Virus record (IMG/VR): IMGVR_UViG_3300031603_000001
Coordinates: 133,959-197,958 of that record
Origin: a virus
Length of the DNA stretch: 64,000 nucleotides
Direction: 5' to 3' (one strand)
Under the pieces are notes generated by a model, which did not search any database, had not been told where the DNA came from, and was given only the letters and a program-made list of their open reading frames with translations. Made by a program: the position numbers and the translations under genes. Shown here piece by piece: positions 10,118 to 19,400 of this stretch (the first letter of the stretch is position 1; every line of letters starts with the position of its first letter).

Positions 10118-10316
10118 CAAGAACTTTCGGATGCACAGCGAACAGTTGAATAACTTGCCCGCCTTTAGTAACACTTTGCACTTGAACACATAGTTGTACA
10201 CTCCGCATCAAGCGCGAAAGCAATCCAGTTTTGTCTTGGCCACTTTCTATAACAGACATGGCCCAGTCCGCGTCCTGCTGTTCTACCATTACATTTGCTT
10301 GTACAGAGATACTCAT
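10110..10316 (-). CDS. hypothetical protein
   Basis: 68-aa coupled ORF. Confidence 0.55.
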   Translation of the reverse strand: MSISVQANVMVEQQDADWAMSVIESGQDKTGLLSRLMRSVQLCVQVQSVTKGGQVIQLFAVHPKVLDA

Positions 10317-10582
10317 TAGTCGTTCATCACTTTCTCATGGTCATCCAGCTCAGGCTGATCTGATAATAATACTTTAAGGTTAAGAACACCTGTATACCTC
10401 CAGTGTTTTAAATTGTCTTGTTTACGATATGCAAAACTAGCTAGCATCCCAAAGAATGCCATAACAACTAGTCTTCCTATAGAACCAGGAAAATACATAG
10501 CTAACCAGAATGTGACACAGCTTAATACGAGGAGAATTATGAGATATTCCATTCTACTTTTGGTGTCGAGATCTTTATTCAA
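10316..10582 (-). CDS. small membrane protein
   Basis: two hydrophobic helices. Confidence 0.65.
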   Translation of the reverse strand: MNKDLDTKSRMEYLIILLVLSCVTFWLAMYFPGSIGRLVVMAFFGMLASFAYRKQDNLKHWRYTGVLNLKVLLSDQPELDDHEKVMND

Positions 10583-10994
10583 AGAGTGCCCACTTTTCTA
10601 GATACCAATTAGAATCATTAGCATCTTTAGAGAATAGCATTTTCAATGTAATTACTCCTTCATTAGTTTGCCAGATGTATGTCCATGTTGTACATACCCA
10701 GGTTTCTTTAGCTTTTGTTCCACAATCTCGCATATCTGTTTTGCCAGGCTTGCCTATCAGATATGCTATGTTGTTAGCACCGTACCCAACTTCCATAAAA
10801 GGAAGCAAGTATTTGGCTACAGCTAGATATGTTCCAGAATCTGTTCGAGGTCCCGTCATATAAGGCTTTAGTATAGTGTACAGTGTCTTCTCTTCGTTGG
10901 AGAGTCTAGTCACTTCTCTAGTACTTAAATGCTTTTGTCCGAAGATAGAATTCAACATAACTAGACACGTTAGTGCCATTATAATACGTTTCAT
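10575..10994 (-). CDS. putative exported protein
   Basis: signal-peptide-like MKRIIMALTCLVMLNSIFG. Confidence 0.65.
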   Translation of the reverse strand: MKRIIMALTCLVMLNSIFGQKHLSTREVTRLSNEEKTLYTILKPYMTGPRTDSGTYLAVAKYLLPFMEVGYGANNIAYLIGKPGKTDMRDCGTKAKETWVCTTWTYIWQTNEGVITLKMLFSKDANDSNWYLEKWALFE

Positions 10995-11314
10995 TATAAG
11001 GTCAATTTCTTGGACTCGTCTTCAGCCCTTTTAATGTTTTGCAAATGCTGTAAGACTATCCGCATATCTGTATGGAATTCACTATTTTGTAAACGTGCAG
11101 AACCTATCTTTTCCACTATTCCAATTAACCCTAAAACGCTTGCAGCCTTTTGAAGAGGGGACAATACATCATCAAATACATTTGTTTTACGAATAGCCTT
11201 TTCGGTATATGCTAAGGCACAGGTCAGATGACCTATTTGTGTATTATTCATCAGATTCCTTATCAACTGGTTCATACTTATGTTTCTTCTTAAACGGACG
11301 TAATAGCCAGGCAA
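10994..11314 (-). CDS. hypothetical protein
   Basis: 106-aa coupled ORF. Confidence 0.6.
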   Translation of the reverse strand: MPGYYVRLRRNISMNQLIRNLMNNTQIGHLTCALAYTEKAIRKTNVFDDVLSPLQKAASVLGLIGIVEKIGSARLQNSEFHTDMRIVLQHLQNIKRAEDESKKLTL

Positions 11315-11337
11315 TTACCATGCCTATTACAGTTACT

Positions 11338-11565
11338 TCAATTACTCCACCGCATATACACATTAGCGTTATACCTTCCATATAATGTTATTTGGCATTC
11401 TTCAATTGTTTCAGCATACCCTGTGATTTCATAAACGACTTCACCGGTACACAATTTAGTAGGATCTTTGTCATTAGGAGAATAATGACAATAGAACTTA
11501 TTACCATCTTTGATGCCTCTCAGCATAATATACCCAGAGGTAGGGATTGGTTTCTTAGTCACCAT
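11338..11565 (-). CDS. hypothetical protein
   Basis: 75-aa ORF with AAGGA upstream. Confidence 0.65.
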   Translation of the reverse strand: MVTKKPIPTSGYIMLRGIKDGNKFYCHYSPNDKDPTKLCTGEVVYEITGYAETIEECQITLYGRYNANVYMRWSN

Positions 11566-11777
11566 TTTTAACTTTCCTTAATAGTTTGTACAAAGATTTT
11601 TGTCTCACTACTCTGTTATCAAGCTCAGCGTCGCTGTAGTCTTCAACACAGCCCCGACCGGCGCCTCTACTTTACAGTAGTGAGCTGGGTCAGGCTCTGG
11701 CAGCCCTGCTCTACTCATAAGATTTACACATACAGCGCATAAAGATGCGAATACCTATACTATGTATGCATTCCGTA

Positions 11778-12356
11778 TTAAGCGCCTAAAGTGTTGCTTG
11801 GTAACCCAGCAGAAGGTAAACACCCAAACTCCTGCAAATAATGCATAGGAGTGGCTACTACGCCAATGTCTTCTAAAGAACACATAGGCATGTCGGTTAT
11901 ACTAGCTAACTTACGGTTCATTCCAAGATAGGCAATGTCTACTATCATAGGCTTAAAGCTATGAATGGTACCATCTGTAATCCAGACAACTACTTCTCGG
12001 TTCACAGCATTATGAGGTATGTTCACGAAATCTAAGACTGCAGATATCATATTGATAGCAGCAAAGTCTATGTCTTCTATGTACTGATCCTTAATACCAA
12101 TTAGATTAATAGTAATCCTCTTGGTATAATGAATAGCAACTCTGTATGCAGTATGATCATGTACAATATGCAAGCACTGAACTGGATAATGTAAACCCTT
12201 AACGAGTTTACCTACTATAGGATCTTCAATAGCTATGATACTCATTGGTAAATGTGTACCAAGCATTTTAAGTAGCTTAGCATCTGATGAGCCAGGAGGT
12301 GCTGACATGATTGCAGACGCATCCATCTCTTCATTACGAATATGAAACTCAGTCAT
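11778..12356 (-). CDS. hypothetical protein
   Basis: 192 aa; start overlaps the end of the upstream gene. Confidence 0.65.
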   Translation of the reverse strand: MTEFHIRNEEMDASAIMSAPPGSSDAKLLKMLGTHLPMSIIAIEDPIVGKLVKGLHYPVQCLHIVHDHTAYRVAIHYTKRITINLIGIKDQYIEDIDFAAINMISAVLDFVNIPHNAVNREVVVWITDGTIHSFKPMIVDIAYLGMNRKLASITDMPMCSLEDIGVVATPMHYLQEFGCLPSAGLPSNTLGA

Positions 12357-12585
12357 TAATAACCTCGACGTCAAAGTTCTTATCTCCCTCTAGGCGTACC
12401 CATCGGAAGTCATCTGAATCTACTGCATGCAGATTGATCCAGGGACCTGGTTCACTAGTGAAGTGTACTTTATCACGAAATCTCATGACAACCCACATAG
12501 TGCCGTTTTCATTTACACGGTTCTTACCGTGCCGGCTAATTCCAGTCAACTTGACTGTATTGCCTACCATAATTGTATCAATCAT
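12349..12585 (-). CDS. phage hypothetical protein
   Basis: 78 aa, VKLTGISRHGKNRV...FRWV. Confidence 0.65.
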   Translation of the reverse strand: MIDTIMVGNTVKLTGISRHGKNRVNENGTMWVVMRFRDKVHFTSEPGPWINLHAVDSDDFRWVRLEGDKNFDVEVIND

Positions 12586-12839
12586 TTAAAGTACGGAAGA
12601 GTGTCCCCGGCACCGTATACAGATGCCAAACTAGTTGATAAGTAAAAGCCACTAGAGATAATTAACCTAGTATTTTTAGCATCTGTTATTACAACACTGC
12701 TGAATCCAGAACTGTCTACAGGAGATGCGGACATCACAATAATAGAAGGTGTTAAGTCCGTAAACTTCATTTCCATTGTCTTAAATTCTGTACAACTCAT
12801 CATTAGCATAGCTAGGATGATTAAACTAATCGTTTTCAT
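12582..12839 (-). CDS. putative lipoprotein
   Basis: signal peptide ending LMMSC (lipobox-like). Confidence 0.6.
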   Translation of the reverse strand: MKTISLIILAMLMMSCTEFKTMEMKFTDLTPSIIVMSASPVDSSGFSSVVITDAKNTRLIISSGFYLSTSLASVYGAGDTLPYFK

Positions 12840-12855
12840 CTGTATCTCCTTCTAC

Positions 12856-13404
12856 TTATTTGGCGTAGAAATGCTCAATAGATTCTATTGATAATGGATT
12901 CTTCCACCTATCCCAACATAAGTTGAAATAAGGGCCTTCGGGTGACCATGGTATGTCACTGTTGTGACGGTGGCCATGTACATTTACTCTACCTATAGTA
13001 GCACGTGCACCTAGTTCCTCAGGATGTAGTGGTATATGAGTAAAGGTAAAGTCCTTCTTACGCATACCAGGACTAATATGGTTGAAGGTGTCGATGTACC
13101 TGCGCATATCATGATGTTCATGATTGCCCAGGATAAGATGTTTAAAGCCCGGAAGCTTTCGAATGAGAGCACAGCCGTGCTCGGCGTTTAATGCTAGATC
13201 TCCTACAAGAACTAGGACATCCTTCTTTGAACGCATATGCATAGCTAGTATATCCATGATCTCTTCGTCATGCAGAGCAATTATCCTACCACGTCGTTCT
13301 TCACTGATAGTGTCGTACATTGCACTAGAGATTCCTCGTCGGAATTGTACAGCACAACGGGCATGCCCTAAATGTAGATCAGAGGTGTACCAGGTGTTAC
13401 CCAT
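12856..13404 (-). CDS. calcineurin-like metallophosphoesterase
   Basis: SDLHLGH, VGDL, GNHE, THIP, NVHGHRH motifs. Confidence 0.9.
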   Translation of the reverse strand: MGNTWYTSDLHLGHARCAVQFRRGISSAMYDTISEERRGRIIALHDEEIMDILAMHMRSKKDVLVLVGDLALNAEHGCALIRKLPGFKHLILGNHEHHDMRRYIDTFNHISPGMRKKDFTFTHIPLHPEELGARATIGRVNVHGHRHNSDIPWSPEGPYFNLCWDRWKNPLSIESIEHFYAK

Positions 13405-13912
13405 TTTCTTCTACGTCTATTTTATCAGGATTCTCCTTGATTACCAAATCCAGGTAATCCTTGACACCGACGCTTTCTTCCCAATCAGGACTACGTTCTT
13501 TAGCTTTAAGAGAACGTACAAACCAAGCAAACATGTACTTACCAACAACGTGGTCATTACGTGCATGTCCCTTAGGGTTTAGTGCATGAAACATGTACGT
13601 CGCCCATGAGAGATTCTCTTCTAGAAACAAGCGTACACTGTTCTTAGCTTTATGAGAAGTTCGATTCTCCGTTAAATCTTGTGTAATAGTACCTAGCATC
13701 TGTGATGCACAGTCCATACCTTGATATAGAAGTTGTTCCTTCTTCTTAGCTTTGGCTCGTTCTGTATCCATGATTTTACCAAGGATTACACTTACATCCA
13801 GTACTTTAATAAGACTGTCCATAAGAAGGAATGCCAATTGCCTATCAGAGTACTTAAAAGATTGAGCATCATTAATCAATCTGATTAAATCAGGTTTATT
13901 TAGAGTCTTCAT
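13397..13912 (-). CDS. hypothetical protein
   Basis: 171 aa; ATG 13912 with GAGGA. Confidence 0.65.
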   Translation of the reverse strand: MKTLNKPDLIRLINDAQSFKYSDRQLAFLLMDSLIKVLDVSVILGKIMDTERAKAKKKEQLLYQGMDCASQMLGTITQDLTENRTSHKAKNSVRLFLEENLSWATYMFHALNPKGHARNDHVVGKYMFAWFVRSLKAKERSPDWEESVGVKDYLDLVIKENPDKIDVEENG

Positions 13913-14282
13913 CGGAGTCCTCTTCAACAATTTCAATATCGTCGGAATCGGGTATTACCACAGGAGCTACTGCTCTTTTGGGATGGTCAGGCACTGTAGC
14001 CCAGGCGCCTTCGACCATTTGCATACGCACGATTGTCTTCTCTTTATCAATCCCTTCTTCGTATTCGAAGTACAAGACTTTGTGCCCCAACTTAGTGAGG
14101 GCTTTGATAATGGAATTGACGGCATCCTTTGGTGCCTTACCTTTACGGTAATAATCTAAACCAGGACGTCCTGCGATCTTCAACGGTACACCATCAGTAT
14201 GATCAGTGAATATACCTTTCACCTGCCTCTGTGTGAAGTAGGAGTCTTGATCTAAGATGATTCTAATGTTGTGACTTGGCAT
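13896..14282 (-). CDS. hypothetical protein
   Basis: 128-aa ORF, acidic C-terminus. Confidence 0.65.
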   Translation of the reverse strand: MPSHNIRIILDQDSYFTQRQVKGIFTDHTDGVPLKIAGRPGLDYYRKGKAPKDAVNSIIKALTKLGHKVLYFEYEEGIDKEKTIVRMQMVEGAWATVPDHPKRAVAPVVIPDSDDIEIVEEDSDEDSK

Positions 14283-14844
14283 ACATCTCCAGGTTCTGGT
14301 TAGCCATAATGGCTTCCGCTATACTTACAGTTGAATTTACATCCAGTTTGGATAACGAGATCTGTCCGAATTCTACTAGCTCGGCTAAATCATCCATACC
14401 ATAAATGTCTTGACGACAGTTATCTTCGATAGGATGGTATATTGATACAGCAATATGAACACCAGCGTGGCCGGTATATTCTGTATTATGCTTATGATCG
14501 TGTATCTTACCTGCGTTAATCCAGCATTGCTCGATTATAGTACTATCAGGTAACTTCAGATCATAATGCATCTTAAGATAATTAGCACCGTCAAATGGTA
14601 CCCAGTTGCGAGCCTCTTCATTCCATTTGATACTCTTGAGCATACGCTTCTGATTATCTATGTATAGCGCTTCCCATCGTTCAATTTCATCAGTATCGAA
14701 TACATATTCATCACAATGATTACATATACTTACATGAGCGACAGGTACAATAAAATTGACACCTGCATCGAAGAGTTGTACAGCAAAGTCTATTACATCC
14801 TTCTCTTCCATTACACCAGCATTACAACTATTGCAAAGTTTCAT
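14263..14844 (-). CDS. YgiT/MqsA-type zinc-finger domain fused to unknown C-terminal domain
   Basis: MKLCNSCNAGVMEEK...VAHVSICNHCDEYVFDTDEIERWE; no HTH recognisable after it. Confidence 0.65.
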   Translation of the reverse strand: MKLCNSCNAGVMEEKDVIDFAVQLFDAGVNFIVPVAHVSICNHCDEYVFDTDEIERWEALYIDNQKRMLKSIKWNEEARNWVPFDGANYLKMHYDLKLPDSTIIEQCWINAGKIHDHKHNTEYTGHAGVHIAVSIYHPIEDNCRQDIYGMDDLAELVEFGQISLSKLDVNSTVSIAEAIMANQNLEMYAKSQH

Positions 14845-15418
14845 CTTGAAAGGCCTTCCTTACATTCATGAGCGTCATGCCCAATCGGTTTTGATTTGGC
14901 TTATCAAAGTCTTCACAAAGTGTACAATAACAGGCACCCCAGTATTGATCATGCCAGTCGTTAACTTCTATGATCTCACATTCTCCTGTATCTAGGAGTG
15001 CAGTACGTAACGCTTTATTTTGACTAAACTTCTGAAATACAAGCATCCACATAAGATGATCTTTGTGTTCTTCGAAGTCATCACGCATCACTACTTCTTT
15101 CCCGGCACGTTTAGCTTTACCAGGACTAAGCAGCTCTCGGATGCCTTCTTGTACATCATGATCTTCGCTTTTAAAAGCTTGGTAAGCATGCTCCACTGTC
15201 CTCCAAGTACGACTATCGTATACAAACGATGACTTGTAGAAATTAGATAAGAACTCAAATGCTCCAATAAATCCTTGGATAGGTTCCCCTGCATGGGTGT
15301 TGGCTTTGCCAACAATACCCCAGCCGTCCAATTGATTGTACACAGGAATACTATGCTTCTTTAAATAGGCAGTTGCTTTATTACACCCTTCGGATGTAAA
15401 TGGAAATTTAGTAGGCAT
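14828..15418 (-). CDS. NADAR (YbiA/RibX-like) family protein
   Basis: FLSNFY, TVEHAYQAFK, QKFSQNKALRTALLDTG, DQYWG, NRLGMTLMNVR. Confidence 0.92.
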   Translation of the reverse strand: MPTKFPFTSEGCNKATAYLKKHSIPVYNQLDGWGIVGKANTHAGEPIQGFIGAFEFLSNFYKSSFVYDSRTWRTVEHAYQAFKSEDHDVQEGIRELLSPGKAKRAGKEVVMRDDFEEHKDHLMWMLVFQKFSQNKALRTALLDTGECEIIEVNDWHDQYWGACYCTLCEDFDKPNQNRLGMTLMNVRKAFQDETLQ

Positions 15419-15833
15419 TCGACACCTCCAGCATCTCTTGTACTAAGTAAGGACGTACGTTACGAATGATAAAATTCATTATCATCCAACGATGGCCGTC
15501 TTCTATGTCATTAAAGCTTAATAAGCCTAAAGACATGGCAGCTACGAGACTCATCTCTAAAGCTTTTTCTCCATGAATGGCATGTATGCCACTTTTGAAT
15601 TGACAATCTTCGTCGCCATAACGTGCTAGCACAGTAATGCGATTACCTTCATCACAGGTGTACAGATCATATTCTTTCCAGATACCAGTGAAAACACAGT
15701 CTTCACAGTAATGCTTCCAGCGTGTATCTAACTTGTTACTATAATTGATTGCTAACCCTAATCCAAACCGAAAGAGTTCATCTTCCTGTTGTGGAAGTGG
15801 TAGCAGATCTTTAGCTACTAATACTTTACGCAT
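15408..15833 (-). CDS. hypothetical protein
   Basis: 141 aa, HYCEDC motif. Confidence 0.65.
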   Translation of the reverse strand: MRKVLVAKDLLPLPQQEDELFRFGLGLAINYSNKLDTRWKHYCEDCVFTGIWKEYDLYTCDEGNRITVLARYGDEDCQFKSGIHAIHGEKALEMSLVAAMSLGLLSFNDIEDGHRWMIMNFIIRNVRPYLVQEMLEVSNAY

Positions 15834-15945
15834 GGGTACACGCTACGTGTCCACCCATGTGGCTCATTTGAATTACAATAACGGCCCAGATAGCAATACC
15901 TGCTATCCAAAAGATAATGTGCTTTTGTTTACGTGTCAATTTCAT
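15826..15945 (-). CDS. 39-aa single-TM peptide
   Basis: AAAGGAG RBS, MKLTRKQKHIIFWIAGIAIWAVIV..., stop overlaps next start. Confidence 0.6.
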   Translation of the reverse strand: MKLTRKQKHIIFWIAGIAIWAVIVIQMSHMGGHVACTHA

Positions 15946-15964
15946 TGTGTTTCTCCTTTTAAAT

Positions 15965-16240
15965 AATAGGGTGGACGACTTAGGATTAGCCCACTATGAG
16001 GTGTACTTTATGTCGACAGCGTAGTGACCTCAACGCCAGAATTAGCTGTTATGTTGATATGTTAGGATATCTCCCACACCAGGCTTCCACCTCCGGTGCT
16101 CTACCAACAGCTTGTCTGTATCTTCCAATAGTTTGTGGCGTCTTCTATTTTAGACGATGAACTAAGCTATGATGCGGTGATCAACCCGACTAGTACAGAG
16201 GGCTTAGCTTGTCCGGATTAATACCGGCATTTCCACATTT
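15965..16240 (-). ncRNA. candidate structured non-coding RNA downstream of tRNA-Lys
   Basis: no ORF; several 6-8 bp stems and a possible pseudoknot (see findings). Confidence 0.35.
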
Positions 16241-16241
16241 G

Positions 16242-16314
16242 TACACCGGGCAGGGATCGAACCTGCGACCTTGGGATTAAGAATCCCCTGCTCTACCAAC
16301 TGAGCTACCGGTGC
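16242..16314 (-). tRNA. tRNA-Lys(CTT)
   Basis: GCACCGG/CCGGTGT acceptor, AGCTCAGTTGGTAGAGC D-arm, TTCTTAA loop, GGTTCGATCC T-arm; CCA not encoded. Confidence 0.92.
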
Positions 16315-16452
16315 ATGCGACCCCAAAACTGTTTGTTTTGGAGTCTGAATTTAACCGCCTATCTGGGAGGCTCGTTGATAATGAACATTAACGTGTGAAT
16401 GACATTCAAAGGAAGTGTCATTGATATTGTATAGTTTTTCATGGTTCCTTTC

Positions 16453-17013
16453 CTACGCGTATAGGCGCAGATTACCTGTAATAGGTTTTAACACATGTAC
16501 TGGCGCAGGGCCGATAGCAATGCATGTTGGAGTCTCTACTCCGTTGAATGCTGTACGACCAGCATCAATTATGTACGAGCACGGTATGTTTGCATCACGT
16601 GCCTGTCTGTACAGCTCGTTCATTTCATCAAGGCTCTCTACTCTACATACTATCTTAGTGAAGATACCACCTTCCCACTCTTGAGTCCAATCGTGGGTTT
16701 TGTAATCATTAACAGCTTTCTGTACAGCATGGGAACCTTGTGCAACCAATTTGCCACGGTTCATCTTTAGATCTTTGCGCATGATGATCATCATCTTGAG
16801 CTCAGCATCTAAGTCTACCTGAAGACTATCGTCACCGGTAGCATTGTAAATTACACCAACTTTGAGTAATTGTAACTCTTCATCACTTGCGAAATCAAGA
16901 GGTTTACTATACCCAGTTATGCAATCTGTACAGCCACAATCTGGAGGATCCATGCGTTTAATCATGGTTACCTCTTCAGTTTCAGGCATTAGCCACTCCT
17001 TTGGAGTGTTCAC
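16453..17013 (-). CDS. pth2: peptidyl-tRNA hydrolase type 2 (Pth2) with N-terminal Cys-motif domain
   Basis: KMMIIMRKDLKMNRGKLVAQGSHA, KIVCRV, IIDAGRT, TCIAIGP, ITGNLRL. Confidence 0.92.
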   Translation of the reverse strand: MNTPKEWLMPETEEVTMIKRMDPPDCGCTDCITGYSKPLDFASDEELQLLKVGVIYNATGDDSLQVDLDAELKMMIIMRKDLKMNRGKLVAQGSHAVQKAVNDYKTHDWTQEWEGGIFTKIVCRVESLDEMNELYRQARDANIPCSYIIDAGRTAFNGVETPTCIAIGPAPVHVLKPITGNLRLYA

Positions 17014-17344
17014 ATCCCCATTTTGAACGAGTATCAGGTTGTACCTTAATACTCATCCATATTTTAGTAACGCACCCAGAATTGGTACATTTGTAAATAC
17101 TGCTACGCTGGCCGTACATCCTAGCATTGCCTATTTTCTTGAATACATGCAGATGATAACGAGGGCGTAGGTACACATAATATCTGTACAGTGCGTAAAT
17201 TGCTAATGCAAATACTACCGAAGCTATGCCATCGATGATAGCATGATCCCAATTCTTATTGAAGATCTCTACCCATGTGAATGCGTATATAAATATCCAC
17301 GCCGCTGTTAACATACCGGCCGTGACTTTAACTGTGTTGTACAT
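16982..17344 (-). CDS. membrane protein with C-terminal Cys/His motif
   Basis: two TM helices then HLH..KCTNSGC. Confidence 0.6.
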   Translation of the reverse strand: MYNTVKVTAGMLTAAWIFIYAFTWVEIFNKNWDHAIIDGIASVVFALAIYALYRYYVYLRPRYHLHVFKKIGNARMYGQRSSIYKCTNSGCVTKIWMSIKVQPDTRSKWGCEHSKGVANA

Positions 17345-17610
17345 TACAGCTTCTTGTTGATCCACCAAGGCGTTGCCCCGGCTTTAATCTTTTTACTAAG
17401 TCTGAATGGTATTCCGAATACTACGCCGACACCAGTTGCAATTAGTGAATACACTAAGACAGTGCCTAAGCTCTGCCAATTAGCAATGAGTTGTATAAAA
17501 TACATGAGTAGTAAGAATACGGTGACAGTAGTGAAGAATGTACGAATGTTGTAGATTCGTCGATACAATTTCATACCAGCTTTGAATGGTAAACGTACAG
17601 TTAGTTTCAT
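17344..17610 (-). CDS. small membrane protein
   Basis: two TM helices. Confidence 0.65.
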   Translation of the reverse strand: MKLTVRLPFKAGMKLYRRIYNIRTFFTTVTVFLLLMYFIQLIANWQSLGTVLVYSLIATGVGVVFGIPFRLSKKIKAGATPWWINKKL

Positions 17611-17833
17611 AAGATCCTTCCAGGTTATGGGATTAGGGGTATAAGTATGATAGAGACTATTGCAGTACCAGCGATAGCTCTAATCATAAAGCTTACTGGC
17701 ATTATTACCTCTACATTTAAAGCTCGAAGGCTTACGTACACTTAGTGTACATAATTCCCGGGTTGATATGTAGAACAATAGTTACTATGATGCTTAGCAT
17801 CATCACCATAGTTTTAATGTAAATAAGTGAAGC

Positions 17834-18325
17834 TCATCGCCGATGCCCATCACCGCGTAAACGTTGATCCTCACGGTTGCTCGCTCTATCAGGCCTTGGT
17901 TCAAATTCCATATCTTGAAGCCTTTCGCTTAAGATTGCTATTTCTTGTACAGGGTCTGTCTTTGTTAACCCCATACTCTCAAGTACATGTAGTCCGTCAT
18001 TGTCGGAATTGCCTGATATCATAATGAGAGAACGGTCACCGAGCATATGCTCATTTGCCCTCACAGAGGCAATAGCGGCTGTTAACGTTGATATATCATG
18101 ATCACCTATACTGACGTACCCTATTGTAGGGTCAGTGTCTTTAAGGACGTCTACAAGCTTCTTAATAATTGGATAAATTCCAAATACTACGGACTCATCC
18201 TCTGCTTCGATAATTTCACCCATCTCAAGTAATTCAAAGTAATTAATGATAGGTGTAATATAGTTTCGTACACGCTCGAGAATACTCTCAAGCTTTAGTA
18301 TACGTAATTCTTCAGAATGTGACAT
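17834..18325 (-). CDS. hypothetical protein
   Basis: 163-aa ORF. Confidence 0.65.
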   Translation of the reverse strand: MSHSEELRILKLESILERVRNYITPIINYFELLEMGEIIEAEDESVVFGIYPIIKKLVDVLKDTDPTIGYVSIGDHDISTLTAAIASVRANEHMLGDRSLIMISGNSDNDGLHVLESMGLTKTDPVQEIAILSERLQDMEFEPRPDRASNREDQRLRGDGHRR

Positions 18326-18476
18326 AGCGAGACTTAGGTTTATACTTAAACTCTATGAATGGTTGTCTATCCCCAATTTCCGTAAGCTGACGCCCTTGAT
18401 TCTCAATGATGGCATTACGTAATTGTTTTTGCAGTTCTAGTACAATACGATCGAGTCTTAATATTTCAAAGTACAT
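18312..18476 (-). CDS. 54-aa hypothetical protein
   Basis: AAGGA RBS directly after tRNA-Cys; below ORF-track cutoff. Confidence 0.5.
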   Translation of the reverse strand: MYFEILRLDRIVLELQKQLRNAIIENQGRQLTEIGDRQPFIEFKYKPKSRYVTF

Positions 18477-18504
18477 AGTATTTTCCTTCTTTTAGAGGAT
18501 ATTG

Positions 18505-18577
18505 AGCGCAGAGCGAGACTTGAACTCGCATCCTCCAGGTTTGCAGCCCGGCGCCTAGCCAATTCAGCCATCTGCGC
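18505..18577 (-). tRNA. tRNA-Cys(GCA)
   Basis: GCGCAGA/TCTGCGC acceptor, U73, CTGCAAA loop, GAGTTCAAGTCTC T-arm. Confidence 0.92.
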
Positions 18578-18667
18578 ATTTATTTCTTCACAAAACCTAC
18601 ACGTGTCTGAGTGTTCAATGGTGTAGAATAATTCTACTTATACCTTCGAACACTCGAGCATGTGGTA

Positions 18668-18886
18668 TTATTTAATGTGTACTCTCCAAAACCATTTGGC
18701 ATTGAAGTATAATACATTCAACCCCCATAGGAAGAAGAACGCTGATATCACTTGTAGTATCTTATCCGGATGGAACCGCATAAACACTGTGTATAGTAGC
18801 ATAAGCATCATAGCGCCTATTGCGCCCATTGCGCTGTACACGGCACCCTTGATAATGATACCTATGAATATGAAGAAGTTCTTCAT
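18668..18886 (-). CDS. small membrane protein
   Basis: two TM helices; ATG 18886. Confidence 0.6.
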   Translation of the reverse strand: MKNFFIFIGIIIKGAVYSAMGAIGAMMLMLLYTVFMRFHPDKILQVISAFFFLWGLNVLYFNAKWFWRVHIK

Positions 18887-19050
18887 GATATGAGTAGCCC
18901 GAAGGTGAATGCCTCTTCCATCGTTAGAGTGAACCACTCTTCACCATCAGCTCCTTCATTAACACAGTACGGATTAAGTCCGAAGTGTGCTATAGCCTCA
19001 TCATTCCGTATAATGTCTTTGAGCTGTAGTTGAATCTTTGCTTTACGCAT
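18883..19050 (-). CDS. 55-aa hypothetical protein
   Basis: MRKAKIQLQLKDIIRND...NPYCVNEGADGEEWF; ATGA coupling. Confidence 0.5.
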   Translation of the reverse strand: MRKAKIQLQLKDIIRNDEAIAHFGLNPYCVNEGADGEEWFTLTMEEAFTFGLLIS

Positions 19051-19058
19051 TTCTCTAT

Positions 19059-19400
19059 TCATCTGATCCCCAATTCTTTGCAGATAGCCAGCGCTTTAGC
19101 CTCTCGGCCTTGCCTGAAGCCATCTTCCCTTACGTATGCTAATACTTTTATTATCTCTTTAGTGTTGAATTGTGTAAGACAGTCCTCATCTGTTGTAAAA
19201 ACAACAGCACCTAAGAGTCGAATACTTAGTTCTCGGTATTTACCGTACTTAAAATCTAAGTCAGTAACAATACCGTTACGAAGATACCATATGGTAGATG
19301 CGAAGTTAGCACTCTGATATCCAGTACGCCCACTGCCGCTGCCGTAGTATTTAAAACTACGTCGACGTTTGTGCATTACCTTAATCAGGGAACCCACCAA
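19059..19400 (-). CDS. hypothetical protein
   Basis: 113-aa ORF. Confidence 0.6.
   Translation of the reverse strand: MVGSLIKVMHKRRRSFKYYGSGSGRTGYQSANFASTIWYLRNGIVTDLDFKYGKYRELSIRLLGAVVFTTDEDCLTQFNTKEIIKVLAYVREDGFRQGREAKALAICKELGIR

Noticed and set aside
15965-16240. tmRNA
   Set aside because: No G3.U70 acceptor, no T-arm at the 3' end, and the internal reading frame does not end in an Ala-Ala-type tag
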